A stretch of DNA of 64,000 nucleotides from a virus, in IMG/VR virus record IMGVR_UViG_3300022689_000474, positions 64,001-128,000 of that record; one strand, 5' to 3'. Each line of letters opens with the position of its first letter. Within the stretch, counting starts at the first letter, position 1. A model generated the notes under the pieces. It saw nothing but the letters and a program-made list of their open reading frames with translations. It did not search any database and was not told the origin of the DNA. Below are positions 51,001-60,000 of this stretch, in pieces. A program made the position numbers and the translations under genes.

Positions 51001-54000
51001 ATTTGGTTCTAAAACTAGAGGTCTATTAAGTCAAATACAGAAAGGTACATTATATGGAGGGTTTTATCAAAGGCCCTCAAGTCCTTATGGAAATATATAT
51101 ATTGATTTAGCTAGTAGAGAAGTTCCTACTATAATGCCTCCTACTAGTGGTACTGGATATCTATATGAAAATAGGAAAAGATATATGGAAAAGTTAAGAG
51201 AAAGTGGAGTTCCAGTAGTACAGGTTGGTGACTTCCACGCTAAAGCATTTATAGGTACTAATATTAAAGATGAAGAAATAGCTATAGTACTAACAGGTAA
51301 TTTAACTAGATCTGCTTTAGAGTCTGGTGTTCCGGATGAGGCAATTATGACTAATGAATCTATAAAAGATAGATTTTTAAGAACTTTTTTCAATCAACGT
51401 CCAAAGTTTTATCAAAGTAATATTGGTTTAGTTGTAAAAGATTCAGAAAAGATTGGTCAACTTAAAGAAATCTTATTTAATATACAGACAAAGGGGGTAT
51501 CTTACTCAACAGAAGATTTTATAGTAGGGGGAGCTATGGGAAATAGTAGAGAGAGAATAGTAGATTTTATACTACAAAAGTCTAAAACTGGAGATGATAT
51601 TAGTATTACTTCACCATATATTGATGACCCAGAAATAGTAAGAGCTTTAGTTCAAGCTAAACAACAATCTGGTGTTACTATTAGACTAATAACTTCTAAA
51701 GAAGGTTCTGGAATAAGAGCTTATTCACAAGCCATTTCAACACTTCAAGCAAGTGGTATAGAAGTATATGCTCCAAAGGGAACTCAGTCTTATTTACCTC
51801 ATGAGAAGATGATACTTATAGGTAATGATTATATAGTAGGTTCTCATAACTTTACTTCTAAGGCTTCTGATAGACAAATAGAAATAAGTCTAATGGGTAA
51901 TGACCCTAGAATAGCTTCTTTAATGCAAGCTGATTTTATCAGACAAATAGAAGAAGGTTATGTATCTCTTAAAGAAGGTTCGGGAGCTAGAAGATCTATG
52001 ATGTTAGGTACCAGTCCTTTACTTAGTGGTTTATACGCAGGTAGTGATAAAGCTGGTACTCTTTTATTAGACCCTAATATGGGGGCTTCTTATTTCTATG
52101 GGAGAGCTTTATATAATAATCAACAAAGACAGGCTAGAGCTCATCATAGAGTTATAGATCAAGAGACTTCAGGTGTAGCTACAGCTATGTATAAAGCTGC
52201 ATATCTAGCTAAATTGAATGAAGGGGAATTAATTCCACAACATAGTGATTTAGATAGAATACCAGGAATAGTACAACAGTATGATAGAGAGTTATATACA
52301 CCTGGTATAGGTGCAATATTAAATGAAAAAGTCTTTATGAGATTAGGTCTAGGAAGATTATATAAAGATGAGCTAGGATTCTTACCATCAGCGATGGGAG
52401 CTTTAGGTTCAGTCTTAGATAAAACTTATTTATATTTAAATCCCAATGCTAACTTTCCAGGAATTACGCATTATTTTAAGGAAATGGATATTAAAGATTC
52501 TTCATATAGAGATAGACCTGCACCTGTAGGATTATTTGAGGCGGGGTTAAGTGAATTAGCTTTCTTAGGACAAGCATCAGCTCAAGGTATATTATTCTAT
52601 ATGATTGTAGGAGAACCTATATCTATGTTCTTATCAGAGACTATAAAGAATGATGTAGAAAGAGTTATTTCTAATAGTCTTAGTACAGATTTAAATCAAT
52701 TCTATTCAACTTCATCTAGACTTCATAGGAGGGCAAACTTATCAATGGCTAGTGCTTTTAAAAGTCCCCTATCAGCTAGGATGGAAGTATTATCTACGAT
52801 GGATAATTTAAGGAAGATAGATGCTGAATACTTTGGTGCTGAGAATCCGGGCCTTAGTATTTATCATTTCTCTTCTATGTATTTGAGAGGGAGAAGTGGA
52901 ATATTATTGAATGAAGTTATGAAACCATTCTTAATGGAAATAGTTAATCCATATGATCCTATGGATGTACAAAGTAATAGAGGTTTTTCTAATGTTATAG
53001 ATAGATTTATAGAAGAAGTTAGTAGACCTGTAGGATTAGCAGCTATAAGTCCTTCTGATCCTCATTTAGATTCAATAAAAATAACTAGAACAGATGTACA
53101 AAGGGGATTATATAAACAAGGGTTTTCTAGGAATCAAGTACAAAGTATGAAGATAGATGAAATAATAGGATATAAATATGCTAGAGAACAATTTGTTAAT
53201 AAAGCGAGAGATTTCTTAGATACATCTACATTTAGATCTTCTTTAATATCAAATAGAGTAAATAGCTTCAAGACTTTTATTGATAGATTTGGAAATTATC
53301 AAGATTTTAATACTAAACAATTAGCTAATCTATTTAGTCAATTAGAAATAATAGAGAATAGTGTAGATCCTACAGATGTAGATGTAATAGAAGATATACA
53401 TATGATAAGAAGGAGATTGATGCAAATAGGTGCTCAGATAGAAGATCCAGCTAAAAGATTATCTAGAAATAGGAAAGCTGATATCAGTCTTACTAAAGAA
53501 GGAAGGTTAATAGGTGATATCGACTTTGAAATTACTAATGAAGGAATAGATAGATCTTCATCTATAGCTAGAAGATTACAAGATATATTAGATGAGATAC
53601 CTTTAAATCCTCTTAACTGGAGAATGTTTAATAAGTATCGTGCTATTAGAGGTATAACGGGTCAAGACTTAGAAAGTGAAGGTTATTTAAGAATAACGAC
53701 TACAGGACAACAAGATACTGGAAGAGTTATTCCAAGAGTAAGAACTGTAGGAGAATTATTTTCTTTCACTGATTTAACTCAAGTAATGAGGGAGATATTA
53801 TTTGGAAGAGGAGGTTTTTCTCAACATTTAGCCAGAGCGGAAGTATTTAGTGATAGAGAAAGATTAATAAGATTAAATAGAGTTTCTCAAGTAAGTAACT
53901 TTGAAGATCTAACCTTTAAAGATGCTAGTAGTATTTGGTTTGATAGAAAGATAGGTTATGCAGGTAAGATGGCTGTAGATAAAATTCATACTGTATGGAA

Positions 54001-57000
54001 TGCTACTATTGGTTTTGCTTATGAATCTTCTAAAAGAGTTATAGATAAATATAGATATTTACAAGGTTCATTATTGGCACCTTTTGGAATAGGTAGAGAA
54101 AAAGGATTATTAAGGGGTAGTAAGGCCTTAAAGGATATGGAATATTACTTAATGAATATGGAAGATGAAACTACAGGTCTTAAAGCTATAAGTTGGGGTG
54201 ATGATTTAGATGAAATAAAAGAAGCAATAAAGTCTTTAGAACAAGAAGCAATAGAAGAGTTTAGAAGTTTAAGTAATACTGAAAGATTGACTAAATATGG
54301 TTCTTTAAATGAATCAGAGTATATAGATAGATATGTTAGTGAAAATATACAGAGAGCTACTAGTAGTATAGATCCAACTGCTAGAAGATTGAATTGGTTA
54401 GATGAAAATGTTGTAAAAAGTCTTGCAGAAGCTGAAGAAGTTAGAAGTAGATTTATGAATAATCCCGAGAGACCTTTTGACTTTGTAGAAATACAAGAAA
54501 GGTTAAGAGCAGAGACTTTAGGTTTATTTAGAATGGGGACTGTTAAAGATGAAGCTTTAAAGAATAGAATGGTTCGTATGAGTCCGGGTATAGGAAGAGA
54601 TGTAACTGGAAAGATGACTAAAGGTACTTTAACTACTACTGCTTTATCTATATCAGTATTATCATCTTTAATATTATCTGATTTATTCCAAAGTACTTCT
54701 GGAGTTAGTCTATTTACTCAATTGGGTTTCTCTCTATTTAGTGGAGGTGGTCCTATAGGAAGATTAATGGGTAATGAACAAGGAGAATTGGGTATCAATA
54801 CACATTTTGAAGGAGATAGATTATTTCCTGATATACCTGGTCTAGGTAGAGTTGGAACTACATTATTAACTACAGCAGGTACACTATATGCTGCTCATGT
54901 AATAGGTACATCTGCTTTAAGGGCTGAAGCTATAAATTATAGTTTCACGACTGATTTCATGTTTCAACAATTAAAGTCGGAGACTGGAACTGATATTGTT
55001 TTATCAGCAGCTAGAGGATCAAATGAAGCGGATATCTCATTAAGACAAAAAGTATTAAGTGGAGAAATAAAGAAAGGAAGGGAGTTATCAGATTTTATAG
55101 ATAACAATCCTACTAGGACTATTAGTATGAGAATGAAGTATAAAGATACATTTGAAGCTTCACTGTCTCTAATGAAAAAGGGAGATATGTTAAATATCCG
55201 TTCTATGAGATTTAGAGGCAATACATGGTTAAATACTATGATTGCCTATGCAGGCTTATCAATTGGTGGTAAAGCTTTAGTCTCTTCTACTTCTTCTTTA
55301 CTCAATCATATGAGGGAATCTCAAGGGAGTCTCGATCCTTTAGCTTTTGGTGTTGCTGGTGCATTGATTGGATCTAAAATGACTAGAAGTTTTGGTGGAG
55401 GTCTTGCCGGTCTTTTAATAGGTGGATTAGGTTCTTATGTTATGAATAAGATGGGTGTTAAAGTATTTAATCTTGGAGATCCTGGTTCGGTTGTAGATAA
55501 TCAAGGGGCTACTCTATTAGGAGAGTTATCCGACTTTAGGAATTCTGTAATGGCCAACTTTGATAAAAGTTCTAGAATTGAATTGATGGCAGCTTTAGTA
55601 TCTCAAGGAATAGAATCACCTTATGGTTTATTTAAACAAGAAGCTTCAGGTACTGATGTTAAAGTAGTAGCTAAACAGGTTACTTCTCCTATAATACAGT
55701 TCTTTATGGCAAAAAGAACTAAGGGACAATATACTGATTATTCAGGAAAGGTAGTTGATCCAGGTATAACTACATATTCTTTAGGTATACAAGGACCGCC
55801 TATAACAGGGATGTCAGTTGGTATCCAATTACCATTTAAGATATTAAAAGATAGACCGGAGAATAATAGTTCTGGATATATGAATAGAGGCAGTAGAAAT
55901 TTTAATCTTGTATATAATGATGAAACAGATATTTTAGATTATTTATATGGAGTAGGAATGATAGCTACATCTGCTCAGATGTTAAGTTATTCATTAAGAA
56001 CTATTGGTGCTATAGGTTCTCCTTTAACTCCATCAGCTGGTAGTACTTTAGGACAATATAGAGAAACTGCCGATAATTTATTTACAGAATCAGGTAAAAG
56101 GATAGGTAAATTTGGTACCGCAGTAGAAGATGTTGGAATGATATTACCTAATACTATTCATAGAGTAGCTCAATATATCTTCTCTTCTGATTATGATGTC
56201 TATAATCAAATAGAACTAAGAATGAAAAGGAGATATGAGATGTCTAAAGGTATAGAGGGTGGAGATCTTACATCTGTTAGATCTTTTAATAGATCTAGAA
56301 TGTTAATTAGATATACATCTAAAGCTGCTTTTGGGGCTTTTGTATTAAATTTTGGGGCTGGTCTAGTACAAGATGATGATAAATTTCAAGAGAATTCTTT
56401 AGTACTAAATATGAGTGGTGTTGGTTTGGGTGTGGCTGCTGGAGTAGGTCAAGATTATCTAGCTGGTGTATCTAGAGCTATGAGAGTATCTAATGCTGGT
56501 AGAGCTCTACGTATGACTAGATTACGTAAAAATTTACTTCCTTATGCTTTATCTGGACTTGTGGGATTTCATCTTACTGATGATAGATTTGGGGTTTTTA
56601 CTGGGATGAGTAATGAATATGTTAAACAACAAAAACATGATGAATATTATTCTTATCATAGGGAAGCAGTTATAGGTACTTATGCTGTAGCTATGGGTAC
56701 ATTAGGTGCTACATTTGGAAGAATGGGTATGGATTCAGGTCAAGTATTAGAAGAATATTCAAGAGCCCTTAATTCTTTAAATGAATTAGAAGATATACAA
56801 CAGGCAAATACAGCAGGAGGGGGAGTATTAAGAAGAGTAAGAAGAGCATATCAAGCTCATCGAGTAGAAGAATTAGAAAAAGAAGCTCAACAGATAGTAG
56901 ATTACTTCAGACATAGAAGTAAACAAATAGAAGAGACATTTGATTTAGTATCTTCAGCTTATCCTAATGTAGCCCCTGAGACATTAAGAGAATTCCATAT

Positions 57001-60000
57001 TAATAAGGCAAGACAGATTATAGAAGATACGGGGTCTATGTCAGCTAGGGATATAATGAATAGACAGGATGAAGCTACAGCATTAATACAACATGTAAAT
57101 AGATCTAGGGGTGCGTATATTGATGCAAGGTTATCTAGTAGAAGATTTTCAGGTAGATTAATGAAAGGTATGATAGGAGTTCCAATAGCTACACATATAA
57201 TAGGATCTTTATTACATTCTATTAACCCTGAAGTTTTTAATGCTAATAAGTTCTATGATTGGTTGGAGAGTAGAGGTACTAATTTTGATGCTAATGCTCC
57301 ATTTATGAAAACAAGAAATGTTATAGCAGATGCTATTAGAGCTATAACATTTACTGATAGATCAATAGACTCTGGTATTAGTTTAGATCAAACTTTTAGG
57401 AGTGCAGCAGCTTCAGGAGGTTTTTATCAACCTGTATCTCATGAAAAGTTATTAATACGACAGACTGGATATGCTAGGTCAATGACCAAGTTATTCAGAG
57501 ACCTATCTGAGATAGCTATTCTTGATGATGTAAATCCATTTATAAGTGGTCCTTTAGGTGCAGGTGCTTCTATTAGGAGAGGAGATAGAGGTACAGTATT
57601 AACACCTTATATACAAATACAAACATCTGGAAGTGATATATCAACAGCTTCATACTCTATGAGTTCAAGATTCTTCTTTAGAAATGTATTACAAGGGAAT
57701 AATGATTTAGTATTTGAGATACAAAATGCTATGAGGATGAAGAATGAATTTATGAAGAAAGGTTTAGATCCTTCAGTAGTAATGAGAAGAACAGCTTTAA
57801 ATATATTAATGGCTACTTCATCATTACAACCTAGAAAGAAACCAAGAAGAGCTTCTAGATTATCAGACAGTCAATTATCAAGTCTAGCTTCGGATACTTT
57901 ATTAATGGCATCATTAAAGGAAAGGATGGCAATACAGAAACATAGTAATTATCAACCAGTAGAGTCAATAGTGACTCAAATGTTAATAGAACAAATGATG
58001 CCAACTCATAAGTATTTAGATAATATGTTAATGAATGTATTATCTCCAGAGAATGCTAAGAAGTTAGGTATAGGTGTAGGTAAGAATTTGGCAGCATATA
58101 TGATGGGAGATCCTTATTACTTATTATCTAGAAAGATAAATATGATGGGTATAAAATTCTTTGGAGATCAACCTGGTGGGGTAAGAGGTAGAGATATATC
58201 TAGTCAAGCTAGAGATTTTCCTGATTTATTTGGAGAGTATAGTTCTAAACATTTAGAGACATATACTATGGAAAATAGTAAGAGATCTCCTTTCTTAGAA
58301 TCATTAAGTGATAATAGTAGTCGTATATTTGGAGCTCTACCAGCACCTGTTAGTTTAATGTTAGGTTTGACTCTAGGTCTTAGTATTACTTCTAGACTTA
58401 TTGATTTTGCCAATGTTATTAAAGGAGGACATGAAATAAGTGAAGGTCAAAAGATGTTAAGAGAAATATCTAGTGAAAGATGGTTCACTAATGCTCCTGA
58501 ATCAGATAAGTTAAGGAATGTATGGGTCAGTATGAATTATCCCCAAATAGGAAGTTCAGAGCCTCTTGTAGCTGGAGCAAAAACATTACCAATCTTAAGT
58601 AAAGGATCTTTTCACTTCTTATTAAATCCTGCCTCTCATGATTCTTATAAAGTATCTCAATCTTTAAGAACTGGTTTATCAGAAGTACAGAAACAATTAG
58701 ATGAAGCTAGATTAAATTTTAGAGGTCAATCAGTAAATATATTTGAATATTTACAGATAAATAAAATAAAAGAATTAGAGGCCATATTAGGTGGAGTACC
58801 TAATCAAAGTCATATACAAGCTATGACAGTATATGATAATTCAGGTAATAGGGTATATGGTATTGATACAAATAAAGCTTGGATGGATAACTTAAATGAT
58901 GCTAGAGATTTACTTATGACTTCATCCAAGGGTATGGAACCTGAAACTGCTAGAAGGATGAAAGCTGTAATATCTGCTATGGAGACTGAGATTAAATCTC
59001 GTCATATAACTAATTTAAGTGATACTATTTTGGATCAAGTAACAGAACACTTTACTAAAGAAATAGATCATTATATTGATCAATATGTAGATTCTTTAAT
59101 GAATAATAAGGTTCAGATAAGTAGAAATGATTATAGAAGCATGTTGGAAAAAGCGAATATATCTGATATAGAAAATAGATTAGATAAATATTTTCCTTCT
59201 GCTCCTGGAGGTGGACCTATTAAATCAACTGTTGATGTTCCTGTAGCTGCATTTTTTATACCTAATGCCTCACCTGAAGAGATATTAGGAGTTAAAACAG
59301 AACAAGATTTATACAAATTAATTGAGGCGAGAGGAGAAGCTACTGGTCAGTTAGATGCTATATCTACAACTGATAGTTCAGGTGTTAGAGTAGCAGATAT
59401 GAGAACTAAACTTAAGTCGGCTGCAGCTAATTCTATTAGAGAAGAAGTAGCTAGAGAGTTAAAATTATTTAGTAATGACCCTAAGAAATTATCTAGACTC
59501 AGTTCTGGTCTCACAGGATCTATAAAACATATTGCTTCTTCAGTAACTAATAAAATATTCTTAAATGCATTAGGAGGGAGGACAGGAGAAGTTGAGAAGT
59601 CATTCTTTTCAGTCTTACGTCATCATTGGGGAGGTTTAGGAGTTACTCCTTCAGCAGATACTAAAAGAAGTCTAATAAATAATCTTAGGTCATTCATGTC
59701 TAGGATGACTAAAGGTTCAGCCCCTTATATTGCAGAAGATGAAATAGAAGTGGCTAAATTCCATTCATCAGTTTCTGTAGAGAGAGCTAAAAGAAAAGCT
59801 TTATCTTCTGTTGAATTACCAGAAGAAATGGCAGAATTAGAAGCGAGGAAAGCAGCAGGAGATCCAACAGCTTTAGATATAGCTAGAAAAACAGAAGAAA
59901 TAAATTTAAGGAAAGCTCCTTTATTAACTAAAGCAAGTAGAGGTCTTCAAAGTTTCTGGGATGTGGCTACATCTATTTTTGATATTATTGAAGCTATAGA

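Noticed and set aside
57436-57470. HEKLLIRQ as a third PLD HxK motif
   Set aside because: No accompanying GSxN segment or PLD-like context; likely chance.
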